DNA of 62,406 nucleotides, filler included, from Sphacelaria rigidula (lineage: Eukaryota): NCBI GenBank assembly GCA_964200075.2. It is 7 parts of 7 records of this genome, joined end to end, with 100 filler letters (N's around TTAATTAATTAA, not from the genome) between each part and the next. Parts side by side here need not be neighbours in the genome. Positions count along the whole stretch, not along the records: positions 35,720 to 44,548 come from CAXNAA020010004.1; positions 44,649 to 53,477 come from CAXNAA020010005.1; 5 more parts are not named here. One strand, 5' to 3'. Positions 37,515 through 50,700 of the stretch are shown in pieces. The notes under the pieces were generated by a model. It saw only the letters and a list, made by a program, of their open reading frames with translations. It was not told the DNA's origin and searched no databases. The translations under genes were made by a program, and so were the position numbers. How positions within the stretch are numbered: position 1 is the stretch's first letter; the number at the start of each line of letters is the position of its first letter.

Positions 37515-40500
37515 CTACAGGATGGCCTTGCTCAGTGGTCCGTGCTGTGCGATGTACTTGACAGAGTTTCCGTCGTTTTGCAGCCATCCCTCCTTGCGCC
37601 CCCTCACGTACTCCTGTTGCGTCGCGTCACGTTCCACCCGCCATGAGGCATCCAGCATGCGGCGGAACCACCAGGAGTTAAATGACGGGAATAAGACAGA
37701 GTCGAAAGCGATGTGGCAGGGCAACACATACTGCTACATATCGACGTCTTGTACTATATTTCTTCACAAATATTCATGAAAATATTGCCAGTAGGTGATT
37801 GTAACAAACCACGCATGAGAGACTTACACGCCACATCACAGAGGTTGTGTATCGCTGCGGGTGTGATGACATCTGAATCAGTGAGATGACCCCCTAGTAC
37901 ACATTGAATTTCCGTCGCCAGTTCGCCGTTGCCGGCTACCAACGATGAGCTCCGTCTTCGCCTAGCGTGGAGCGCACCAGTTGAACTTTCCGCGCTGAAC
38001 ACATCAATAAGCCATACTTCAACGGTGCACACTTCCCCACAGTAGCCGAGGCAACATATACCGCCGCGCACGACAGCAACTGTTCGGCTGATTACTTCTG
38101 TCGACAGTCTAGTCCTCCGTACACAAATCTCAGGTTTAGGGTTATTCGTCCATGAGTAGTCACCACAAGGCAGTTGTCATCACCAAGAGTCTTGTTCAGG
38201 GCAATGCTGTTAATCATGTCCCGCTTGCTCAGTCAACCGAAAGCATGTCAGTAGCGATCGGAAGCTCCGAAGCCCACGAAAATGCCGCCAAACCCCGCGA
38301 GAGGCCCACGTTTAGATAGACAGTCACCACAATCAAGTCACTTGGTACCATATGATGGCCCTCACCTCCCTCGGGTACTTCGTGAAACCCCACTTGTTCG
38401 ACTGCAGGATCTTTTGACGTCCCGGGAACTTGAACTTTGCACGCCGAAGGGCCTCCACCGCCGTCTGGCGGTGGTTATCCTTGGAGCGGATCGAGATAAT
38501 GATCTTCGCACAACAGTAAAAAAGGCGGACAAGGGGACCGGGAGAGGTGCGACGTTGACGTATGACGTTATTTGGGTTAGCATCTCCCGTTGACAGTCAG
38601 CTACCGACATGCGTCGAATCCACATCGAGGAACAAGGGCACGTGGGGCAAGATGATAGAGATACATCAGCACTATAGCTCCCTCGGTGTTTTGACACGCC
38701 GATCTGATTATTGAGCTGCGGAGCCTTCCAACTGTTGGTGATTTCGCACGTTTAGCATTTTTGCGCATCATCGCAACAACGAGTCCCGGCTCTTCTGTGT
38801 ATCAATTGTCCATTGTTTTTTCACCGTGTTACACAGCGCTGATGCAGCGATACGCTGCACTGCTCGCAAATCATCCGACTCTAGACGGGGAGCGTGGGCA
38901 CCAAGGACCATCTGGAACCGCACTGTTAAATGGCCCTCACAAGTTGGACTACATGAGAAAGAAAGTTCGCCGACGTGGGGAAAACGTAGCCGACATTACT
39001 CCCCTGTTCCACTTGTGGGGGTTTCAAAGTTCGAGGAGCATTTACCCTAATAGCGGATGTGCATAATTTTGAGGTTAGTATCATTGCTTATATAAAACGT
39101 GCGAGTAGCCAACGACGACTATCCGACATAGAATTTTGGTCAAGAATAACAGACTTTCAAAAACAATGCACACCCACTACATGGTCAACAGATGCAGAAC
39201 GTAAATCGTGTACCATGTTAAATGTAGGCATACTGCACCCATTGCCGGGGTCATATTTTCAAAATCCCAAGGGGTCGGATAGTTATCAGTCTCGACATCA
39301 CTTCATCTCAGGACTAGTCAGCCCTGGAGCCTCGTTTCCAGGGCTGCCTGCACCTCGGGTACGCGTACCCCAGGCACATGGAGGAGCGCAGTTCCTCCTC
39401 ACATACTCTTTCAATCAGCGCTCAACTTATCCTCTCAACCAAGCAGGACTTCAAAAGATGATAATTGGCGATTCGAACCAGCGATGGACACGTGGCCGCT
39501 TCGGGTGGGCTGATCTACTCGTTCAGGCCGTTTGGTCGCATAGACACGATGACTCAGAAACACCAATGAAAAGGACAGAAAAAAAAAGTATTTACAATCG
39601 AACACGGTCAAGGGCCCGTGTAGACTTTAAACACCCCAACTTTCAGGACAGCGGAGGTATGCATATACCTCGCACACACGCATGGTATACGGCACCTTAT
39701 TTTCCATCTGACCAACACTCGGCAAAAACGTCTTGACGCTGATTGTTCGCGAATAGGAAAAGGAATGCCACAGCTCAGAAATGCTGGATAAGCAAGTGTT
39801 GTCTCATGCACGTCTCACTTTGCAGCGAGAAGCCTCGGAAACGAGGAATTAGAGAATCATCACGGCTGGTAGCACACTTTTCCTGATCACATCGGCCAAC
39901 GCACCATGGCTATCGTTTTGACGCCTTAGAGCGAAACAACTTAGACGGCCAAGGAATAGCAAGTGACAATGAGTACTCTCGGAGGTGCTGTCAACATTCG
40001 AAGTGCTCTCGAGCGAAATCGAACGCGTGTTTCACCTAATACCACCTCCCAACCCCACTACTCATGCGACACTACAAGTTGTCCTCACCTGCCCAATAGC
40101 GACGCGCGCCGTGGTTCCTTGCGGCTTGCCGTAGGCGTGGCGCATACCGGTCTACAGAATAAAGAACGACCAGATAGGGGAGTTGCGAGCATGGAAAACG
40201 TACGGTGGTTGGGAAAGTGTAATACGAGCAGTTTCTGTTCTTCACTTGAAAAGTGCGACTAAAAGAGAGTACACCACGCATCATCAAACGTCGCGGGTTT
40301 GAGCACCATTTTAGATAATGTGACTCGTGATGTGTCATACTCTGTCTCAGCACACCCAAATTGAAGACTTCCGGACAAGTGATTGAACCTCCTGTTACAA
40401 TGTCGCCTTCCGACCGTTTGTGGTGTTACGCTCCCGCCGACTCTGCAGTACTGTCAATCAAACCATATCGAAATTAAAGTACTCCGCATGCAACAGTGTG

Positions 40501-43101
40501 AATCATGCCGGACAAGAAGGCCGAATGACCTGTTTTCTCATCGTGTTATTCAACCAAAAATTCGTTTGGATCAAGGTCTGCAAGGTCTGATGGTCAATCT
40601 TCAAGCAGATGATTTTCAGGTTGTCGACCGAAAAATGACAAAACAGAGCAGACATTTTTTTTTTCTTCACCTGAAGCCTATCAGCACCGGCGCACGAAAG
40701 CATCTTGTTGATCCGGAGTACGTGGAAAGGGTGCGCCCGGATACGCATGTGGAACGCGTCCTTTCCGGCGTACTTCCCCATGTACTTGTTCGCCGACACG
40801 CGCGCGGCTTCGAGTGCCTCGGACGTCAGTTGCTCCTTCTCATCTGAAACCTGTTCTTGCGGCATTGGGAATTCGCTAGTGGCCACGATCTTGTACATGC
40901 AAAAACGTCTCCTGCATCGAGCTCGACATATGTAGAGACATTTCATATCGAAAAAATCAGTTAACTATTTCACGTATCCCTCAACAATTACATTTGTCAT
41001 GTTCTCAACAACGCTCAAAACGCAAAAAAGGCCGCAAGTGGGTGCAACACGGTGGGCGAGCTGCGATGAAATAAAAATCTCCCCCTCACATGCTCCTCGC
41101 CACGGGCGGAGAGATCTCAACTGGGCAAGGAAGGTCCTTCAGCTAGCCTCATGACACTGCAGTCAATCTCTGGTACTGCCCAACCACCACTGCCTTAGAA
41201 CGACAATCCTCCTCTTTGAAGGCTTTGTCCAGGAAATTCAGTTTCCGCAACGACTTCATCCGTTCGGCGCCGTTCAAAGTTTTCTCTACCCGCTGAATCA
41301 CAGACGATGCGGTGATACTAAATGTACTGACCCATTACTTGGGATCAGTACTGAGGTAAGGTCTCCACGGACCTGCTTTCATTCTACGGTAGTTCACGAG
41401 CATCAGAGAACATCTTCGCATGTACTTGCCCAACGTGCATTTATTTGTACCGTGTGCATTCTTCACGAGGGCACGCTAGGCAACCTGGACTGCTGACCTC
41501 GACACTTGGTTATACCTGGTAAAAATAAGAAATTTTGCGAAAAACGTATTATAGCTCCAAGTTTTTCGTCAGATTAGGATCATTTCACCTCCAACAAGAG
41601 ACTCGGTGCGATTCCCCCTGCGTAAGAATTAAATGTTGATGAGGACGCCATTTATCAAGACACGAGGAGATTCGCGCTTTGTCATCTTCTAGACCGCAAG
41701 GATCATCCGCTGAATCGGCGTAAATTTCCACTTGAATTGTGTATGCGTTATCCAGACGTACTACCCGCACCACGGTCCAAGGGTCAAAGCGGACGCCAAA
41801 GTGTGACTTTCCCCCCTTCAGCTCGAGGGTAACCATGTTGGACTACAATAATTATACCACTGTTTCGTCATATCAAAAACAATGTACTATATAGGGTGCT
41901 GACTGCGACTACAGAGTTCGGGTGTGCGGAGTGCTGTAATTCGACCGAGGTAGATAACTCACAAGGTGGCAGACCATTGGGAACAAGTCGACGGAGGCCT
42001 TCTTGTTCCCGACATCATAGATGCGGATCTTGGGGTCGGGCACACCACGACAGTAGCGCGACTTGATGAAAGGCTTGTTCTTCTGGAAACGGTAACAACG
42101 AGCTGGACCTGGTGCGTGGGAATCACGTACACCACGGTCATCGGTGTCGCCCAAAGGTGCCGTTCGTTCCACCCGTCACCCCCAGTCAATCCGTCGTTCC
42201 ATTCGCACCCCCGCAGCCCCGTCCACCCCCGCACCCCAACCAGAGACAAAGGCAGAGCAGCGTGCAGGGAGCAGCACAGGCGAAGTGGTTCAAAATTAGA
42301 GCACAGCAACGATGCCAGATATCCCCCACGCTGTTGTTGTCGCTGTTGGCACCAAGGTAGTGCGGTAATGCCGTAGTCATCTGTGATTACGTCTCACACG
42401 ACACGTATGGAGGAACAGTACACAGTACAGTAATACGAGGTACTACGGCAGACCGCGAATGAGAGCGACAATCGACACATGGTCGCACCCGCATCTCCGA
42501 TGGCAACACCATAACTGATTGCAGCATCAGCGAGGTCTTGCTTCGTTGTCTGCACTCCAACATCGTCACGTCACACATCAATCAAAGCACACTAGGCGTA
42601 ACCTTCCAGAAGGGTCGCTGATTCGCAAATATGAAATTCATTTTATGCCCCGCAAACACCCGATCCTAACAAGTTACACTGCCCTCTTCACCCGGTTCGA
42701 GCACAGAGGCCTTCAAGTGAACCGAGCACATCGGGACAAAGCTGACGGTTGCGCCGGTGCGCACCATGCGCTGTATAGCGAGTAGCAGACAACGCCATGC
42801 ATACCAATTTGTAAATGTTGGCGGAGCTCATGACCAACCTATACCCTCAACCCATCATCACGAGTGCTCTCTCTGCACTTGATAGTCTCCGCCAGGAGCT
42901 TCTTGTGCCATCGCCGGCTGCCATCGCCGTACACCATACGCCCTCCGAACATACTGCGTAAACCCACTTCATGCCCCCGCTAACCTCACATTACTCCACA
43001 GCACAGAGCTTCGCGTGACCCTGAAGACTACAATACACCAACATATGCAATACCCGACATTGTACACCAGCACTTAATTACAGTCACTCACGGCGCCCCA
43101 T
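37515..43101 (-). CDS. RPL10: 60S ribosomal protein L10 (uL16), complete, 6 coding exons, 211 aa
   Basis: Exons 43092-43101 (MGR), 41963-42108 ([32 protein letters not shown]), 40671-40850 ([26 protein letters not shown]), 40089-40151 ([10 protein letters not shown]), 38366-38503 ([16 protein letters not shown]) and 37515-37613. Total 636 nt, GT-AG, phase-consistent. Confidence 0.98.
39771..39868 (-). ncRNA. Intronic box C/D snoRNA, predicted guide for the 18S rRNA site equivalent to yeast Gm1572 (snR57-like)
   Basis: Sense to RPL10 in intron 4. Terminal stem CAGC/GCTG, box C GTGATGA, D' CCGA, box D CTGA. Guide AATTCCTCGTT is complementary to conserved 18S AACGAGGAAUU, with the D'+5 base opposite the first G. 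Confidence 0.8.
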
Positions 43102-44146
43102 GTTGCCCAGATGTTGGAGAGCTGTGCCCTGCTCTGTGAGAATGGGATGTGAACCTCGGAGGGGGAGATCGGCCCACCGCCTACCGATTGTTGGCCAATG
43201 GTATTTGATCTAGATCAACAGGGTACGTCATGTAAAATAGCGGGTGGGTGCTCAAAGAAGTGATTGTGGGTCTGATCAGTTTGTTCGAGAAGAAGTGTGA
43301 CGAGAGATACTAAAGATCCAGGATTGACAAAGCGGAATCGCTTCCGTTTTCTCAGCTCTTTATCTCACCGCAACACACGACACTCCATGAAAGCACGCGT
43401 GAATCAGTAGAGGAGGGAGGGGTAAACGAAGGGCGTTACATGAAGATTAAGCAGCAAAAAACGCTTGAGGACGATTCGGTGTTCTGAAACATCGCCAATT
43501 CTTTGTCTCCCAACAACGTCAGGTGCGGTAAGTACAGTCGGTCGTTCATCAGCATAGTATTTCTCCGTTGTGTTCGTTCCGTAGCACTTGGTACAACAGT
43601 ACAGTACAGTAGTATACAGTACAGTCAGCAGATCCAATGTTGTTCGCGGACTGCTACTGGTGCCATTCGAACATGGTGATGGCTTACTGCAAGGGCATTA
43701 CTAATGTGATTACCAACAAGTCATACCCAAACGAACCTGTAGACGTCTGTTCACGTGAGAGTATCGCTGCCCCTTCCCCGAGGAAGCAGCTACTTTTGTG
43801 TTCCTCGTGTTCTCTCCGGTCGTCAGATCCATCCAGTGTGCATTCTATTTATAACTACACTCGTATATGTATCAACCACACACGCGTGCTCATTTTCTGT
43901 CGACGGGTAAATCAAATTGTGCATATGCTCCAGGCATACGGATAAACACACTGAAGACACGCCTTGTTCCGATTGACCTGGTACCGTCATGCTTCCCATG
44001 ATGTTTCCATTATTGCGTCGTAGACCTCATCATTCGCCCGCTAGAAGTGGCTTGACGCTCGTTAATTAGCAAGGTCATGGGCATGTCCGACCTCAATACA
44101 AGTACTTGTACTGACCAGTGGGAATAGTACATGAATGCTTGGTCGT

Positions 44147-44340
44147 GGTGTGTTGTTGCCGTCAAATCTATTCCGGACACCAGTCTACACCACTGGGCGC
44201 ATCAGCCAGTCACACAGGAAGAAGGCCAACACAGGAGTTTTTGTTTTGTTTTTAGTGCTTCACCTGCGGTGTTTGCCGTATTTTTTGTCGCGAGAGGGGT
44301 TCAGCGGTCCTTTTCCCTCGTCGACCGTGAAATCGAATTT
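44147..44340 (-). mobile_element. SINE 3' two-thirds
   Basis: Reverse complement has CGGTCGACGAGGGAAAAGGACCGCTGAACCCCTCTCGCGAC..CTCCTGTGTTGGCCTTC..GGCTGATGCGCCCA. Confidence 0.75.
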
Positions 44341-44548
44341 GGTGGAGCTCGAGAATATACCGAGGTGGCGTAGTGCAGTACAGTACCGGCCCGCTAGTAA
44401 GAAACTGAAAAATCGGCCTGAGGCTGGGTTTCTTATTTTCCTGGGAGCATTAAATGCTCCCTTCTTATTTTCCTGGGGAAATGAGCATGCTTTTGTTAAA
44501 AGCGAAACAGCCAGTGTACAGTAGTACAGAAAAATGAGAGAATATACT

Positions 44549-44648
44549 NNNNNNNNNNNNNNNNNNNNNNNNNNNNNNNNNNNNNNNNNNNNTTAATTAA
44601 TTAANNNNNNNNNNNNNNNNNNNNNNNNNNNNNNNNNNNNNNNNNNNN
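44549..44648. other. Artificial contig linker
   Basis: N-TTAATTAATTAA-N, 100 bp. Confidence 0.97.
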
Positions 44649-44716
44649 TTTGTATGATTTATGTTGTTGTGTTGTGTGTGTGAGTTTGGGTGCGGGGTGG
44701 TGGTGGGGGGGTGTGT

Positions 44717-44757
<41 letters not shown>

Positions 44758-47700
44758 CTTTCGCGGTGTGCTCGGATGTCAAACAATATCAGACATATGG
44801 ATGCCTGACATAAACACATCTGCATCAGTGAAGGCGGGGGGGGGGGCTGTACAACTTACCGTCTGTGTGTAGTTCTTGAACATATTACGATCTCCGTACA
44901 GGTTTTTAGTTGTTTTCACCGAGTTGTACTGTTAGGTTTTCAGGATACAGGGCCGCTTGATGCCCGTGCGCGTCAGCGGACCGCACTGTGTCGTGCGCGA
45001 CGCCGTTTGCACCACCGGTTACATGTGCCAGCCATCACAAGGCGCTTTACCAGCGCGGATGGGATGAGTGGGCCCTTCGCTGACCCACGGTCCACGGTCT
45101 GCCTCCACTGCGGTCAGGGCCAGGGCTAATGATAGGATTGAGGTTGTGGTTGTGGTTGTTGGGATTGGGGTCAAGGTTAGAGTTGGGATTAGTTCCGCGT
45201 GTGTGTGTTTGAAAAAGATGGGTTCCTGCAAAAAAGAAGGGAGATGGCGATCAAATTTCGGAAGGAGTGAGAGGTGAGGAACATGCGGATGAAAAACACC
45301 GTTCTCTCTCTCTGTATTTTTGGAAATTGCGATTGAGCGAAGCCTCGGAAAGAGGGCATCGGAGTATTTCTTGTTCACCTGAAATGCCGCCTAGTTGCAG
45401 AAGGACCACTTTGGACCCAGTTTTACTCCTCTAATCGTGTATTTTGATTCTACGTGAGGGAAAGGTGGAAGGAAGGAGAAAGAAGCTTCCGCCAAACAGT
45501 GTTGGCAGAGAGAGATATCGGTAATAATATGCAGCATTTTCTTCGCTGCTGACAGCAGCCTTGTTTTAGTTCCTGTGTGCGACTCTACCAAAAATGTTGC
45601 GTTGAGAAAAATTTTGTGTTGGGCTGAGTTTCACCTCCGGAAGCTGCAGGAATCTCATGTGTGAACCATGGGCTTCGTTCGCGGTGGTTGCTACACTGTG
45701 CCTCCATTAAGGTCTTTACGGGATGGAGTGTGGGTACGAGAGTCGTGGTGTAAAAAAGGTTGAAATCACGAACAGTGTCGTGGTGGAGGGATAGGTGCAG
45801 TTATGGTGAGCATTACTTGCAAGATGTGTAAACCATGGGTAGGTTGTCGCCAAACTATAGGGTAAACCTACCTCACCCCCCGCATCTCCACTAAGCCCCA
45901 TCTCGAAAGGGATGCGTGATCACTGGTCAAGCGACTGAAGGGAAGCAACAAATAAGTACGCCACCCCCCTCCCCCATCTCCTCTCATGCAGTAGAGTATA
46001 AGGGGTAGGGGTGGAAGCAGCGAAAAGAAGCAGGTTCTAGATCGCCGCCATCCTGTGCGGGAAGGGGTTGACCCCACTATGACGTCATCGACCGCGTCCC
46101 TCACGATACTACTGTGATTAGACGACCGGCTCAATTCACTGCTGTCGCACCTATCCCTTATCCTGTGTGAAGCGAGTAGGGGGCACACGACATTCCTCTT
46201 GTACGAAAAGTTTATAATCGGCAAAACAGTCACCACCCTGTGCTGGAGGGTCTACCTCTAACCCCAACCCTAGCCCCCACCCAAGGCATACCGAGAACCC
46301 TTGGACGGAGGTGCCGCAGAGGGTTCCCTAGGCAAGGTCCGCGTTGCCAAACCTCAAATTGGCGCCGACGATTTGGATGAGGAGGCGTTCTGCGCACGCT
46401 GGGGGCACGGGGTACTGTCAGCCCTACTGAAGATCCGCATCTCTGCGTCACACTCAAATAAAGTAATATCAATCACAGGTAGATTGTAGTCGAAATGGGG
46501 TAAGGTAATCATTAAACTTCGAACTTCTCATTGAAGGCGTTTTTCAAAGCTTTTACTCATCACAGTTTTTATTTGATCATTATCTTTGGGAGTCGAGACA
46601 TGAGTGCCTGACAGAAGAATCGATTTTCATCTGTGACCATTTGATACTGTCAATTGAACTGGAACTCGCGACGAAGGCGCCAGTTGTTTAGTTCATCTGA
46701 AGCTTGCCGTTACCGGCGATATTTGACAGCACTTTTAGTATAGGGCAATACCACGCTATTCCAGGCAACGTGCCTGAAATGTTTGATTTCAATAAATCGG
46801 AAACTTATCAAGAAGAGCTTATTGTTTGACAGATGACGCAAACTAGTGCATAATAAACAACGTTTCTTTGGTGAAATCGGATCTGGGCGGAGGGTGTATG
46901 GTAGCGCAGGGGCCAAGGAATAGCCGTCCTCGGGAGGTGCTTACCATGAATCTCGGGGTGATATCCATTGTTGTGGCCTATACCGTGCGAATGGCAACGC
47001 GTCTGGATGGCATGAAAGTTTTTCGGGATACCTGAAGGACGGAAATCGTGAAATACAAATTAGTTATTCGTATTACGCATGCTTCCCCTCCCCAAATCAC
47101 TTGTCACCCGGGTGGTCTCTACCGTTTTGTTCTGTTACACACGAATGGCGATGGACCTGAACACACGAGCACATCGATAAAGACGTTTTAATGACAAACT
47201 ATTTATCTCCACTCATTTCTCTCCACCCAGGGTTGAAATCGCTCTATCATTTCTCCAGACACGACGGGGTGTTATCTACCGTTTTTGCTAGTGACAGAGG
47301 CATTCACACATGAATAGCGCGATGCCCCCGGACACGAGCGGAGCATCGTTAGAACGTATGCATCATAGATATTTATATATATATATATATATACTATTCC
47401 CTCATGACCCCCTCCCTACTCCATCCCTTTTCCCGGGGATGAAACAAACGCATCCCCTCCGTCAACGATCTCAGCGGAAAGGGGGGGACGTTACCCGACG
47501 TTGGAGCCATTTGCGGTCAGACAACAATGAATCTGAACTCTCATCACAGGTACCAATAGAAAGCGTGTAGTCTACTCTAACTAGTAATGATGCATGTCGT
47601 TTTTCTTGACAGGGTTACAGACGCCATGGCGGGAAGGATTTTTGAAGGGGAATGAGCCAAATATCGCATTTATTGTTGCCTCCGGCGACGGGGCCGCCTC

Positions 47701-50700
47701 TCACCATTCCGGGGGGCCGCCGAGGCTCGCGGTTTCGCCGCTCGCCGTCGATGTTTTTTCAGTTAATCGGCGTCGCCGATCCACTGAAAAAACATCGATT
47801 CGCTGGCTGGCTGCTGGCGCGACTAGTTACCACTCAACTGACCAGAGCCACCAGTTTACTGCCATAAAAAATTCAGATTCAAAGATTCAGCCGGTAAATA
47901 GTGTTCCGAAAAACCGGGCACGTATGCGTGCCGTTGTGCAGACAGTATCCATCCAGCACGTACGTGTGTCAAGACGGTTTCATACTCTGCTGTCGAGACA
48001 TATACTTCACCCTACCTTGAGCTAGTTCTCGCTTTTTGTTCCTGTACTGTTCCGACTCTAACGCGTCATGGTACCACTAAACAGCGATAGGCCTGCCATC
48101 GTGATGGAGGTTTCACCGCTTCACAATCAATCAATGATGATTGGTGCGCGGGTGAGATACCTGTGATGAGACGATGAGATTTATTCAGAAAAATGCGGCG
48201 TAACTACAGCTCCGGCGTCCCGGCACCAAGTGACTGTACAGATACTATCGTGCTATAATGCTCTGTACCCTGCACTGGTTGGAGGGTAATAAGATAATCA
48301 CTACACCGTGGGTGAGCTGCTTCTTATCTTCTCGCCCAAGTCTACCACAGCATCACCTGTCGTACCATTGCCCCGTCTCGACGTCGGCTTAATCTCGACG
48401 GCGCGTCGATTAAGCGCCGTGAGGATTCCAATACACGCGTGCTCCGCTACGGCTGTTGCTCGTGTGTCCTTCAGCGCCAGTATTGGTCTTCGCAATGGCA
48501 AGCCACGGAAGAGGAACCGACGGTGTCGAGGGCACGGGAGCGGGCGAAGTTCAAGCCAGGTTGACGCAAAAGTGCTCTGGAATAGGCGCCAGCGGCACCA
48601 CACTCCCGGCTTCGACGATTCTGGAACCCTTCCCTCCGTGGAAAACTCCGGTCGAGGAGAATAGCGATGGGGTGAGAGCTCACGACGGGATCGTTACAGT
48701 AGTGCCAATAAAGAAACCCTTTCAATGCTCTACTGCACAGGAACTTTTTTTTGAGACCAGGTGTACAGATCGACCAAAATTTTATGCTCAACCGTTCGGC
48801 GGCAGCATTGTTCGCGTGAAAGACGGCTAGGCGGATAACGCCGCCTCGGATTGACTTGCTCCCTTTTCGAGAGGATTGCCACACGTGTCTTCGCCGAGTT
48901 GTGGTGCGCACAGTTTGACTCTGGGCCGTCAAATTAAACGTCCAACATTGTGTACAGTACAGTATACTCGTAGTTTCCAGCTGAATCACGGGATTTTTAC
49001 ATCTTTCTCCTAGTCCGCGATCTTCGATAGTTTTTTTGCGCACCAGCGCTCATCCCAGGGGGCGTTTGATCCCGAAGTTTAGGGATCGGGAGATACTAGG
49101 CATCCACGCGACATTCCGAAACAAAACTCGTCTTTGTGCTCAATATTGAACGACTGACGGGCTTAATTGACATGAGGTGTTATTGAACGTTTTTGTCCCA
49201 CAATACATTTCTTTTCGGCTCAACCGTAATGAATAGGTGGACATAAAAAAATAAGGCCCTACACAATTATTCACGGGAGCGATCGGGATGCCTCCCCCCC
49301 TTCTCCCCTCCCCCTGTGCTATTTACATCTCGGTTGAGCAATTTTCGTAGTTGGGTACTGTATTGTTTGAACTTTCTTGTGTAGCATTTGCACTCGAAAG
49401 TCCTAGCGTCGACAGGTTATGGGAAAAGAAGGTGGTGCTCAGGACACAATCTTCAAGTTGGTGTTGTCGGGGTGACACCGAGTCAAGACCTCGTTTATCA
49501 GGGGGTGCTATCGACCGTCCCTGGCCCAAGAACACAGTTTTTCGATTCTAGCGCGATGGAGAGGTAGAAATAAATAAAAATAATATTTGCATTTGTTTAT
49601 AAGAACGATCAGGATTGCTTGAATCGAGCAACAGTACCCAAGGGTCAAAACCTCGGGCTGGATAATCACAAGACTCCCGAGGGCCGGTCAGCCCGTCAGT
49701 CGCCCAATATTGAGTGCAGAGATGATTTTTATTTCGGATTGTGGAACGGATGCCTGGTACCTCCCGATCCTCAACCTTTGTGGTCAGGCGTTCACTGTGA
49801 TGAACAGTCGCATGCGAAGAAACTACTGGACATCATAAGTACTGTCCACGAAATTATGACAACACCCTGATTCAGCTGAAGACCACTAAAAACCTTTCCG
49901 GTTCAGACACGTGCATGAAATCGTGCGTGTGCTGTCAAGACAAACTCTCACGGACCCGAAAATGACCCGCACGAAAACGCGATAGTGGAGCATTTGAAGG
50001 CGTTTCTCGTCATGGGATTGAGGTTAAAGGGCCCCACTTTCTCGGGAACATTTTCCGTCCTCGATGTGATGAACCTACAGCAATATCTCGTTCCTCTGTA
50101 CGTTATGCTTGATAACGAGCCCCCATCTTCCCATTTTCGCTTCGAGCTTAGGAAATGGAAAGATGGACCCTGTATCGAAGTGCGACGTCCGGAGAAATGG
50201 AAAACTGCTGCAGACCCGTCTCATCGAGCTCAGAAAACGTCCCCGGGGAACTACGGTCCTGTAATCCCAATTCCGGGGAGAAAAATGCCTTGCGATGCTC
50301 ATGTATCTCGTTTTCATGCGATTCATTTATTTTCGGTTGCATAACGGGTGTTCTCATTGCCGTTAGAACCGAAAACGTTTGTACGATTCCTCCGCCCACA
50401 TTTTCCTCCTCTTCTTGTCAACCCAGAGTTTAACCATGCCCAACTAAATCGCCAGAGTATGCCGGAACCTTCTCTGTGACAATGGAGCAAGGCGCTCCGA
50501 GGTGACGCTGCCCGCCTGACCGTCTTTTCTCGCGAGAAAACGCCGTCGAGGGGCGACAGTATGCACTTTTGAGTGGTTCGTACTTTTGGTTCCATGAAAA
50601 AGTGGTCGCAGGAATCCCGCTTTTTTCAACTCTTTGACCGAACGGGTATTCATTTGTCGAATTGACATCACGGACACATGAACCATGAGCTTCGGACGTG

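Noticed and set aside
39059..39736. 225-aa plus-strand ORF inside RPL10 intron 4
   Set aside because: GTG start, no recognisable domain and antisense within an intron; treated as a chance ORF.
41569..41650. AGGATCATTTC...TGATGAGG resembling U3 snoRNA boxes A and C'
   Set aside because: Antisense to RPL10, lacks box A', and no boxes B, C or D at suitable spacing.
48301..49043. Cluster of overlapping 100-190-aa ORFs
   Set aside because: No motif, splice pattern or preferred frame that I could support.
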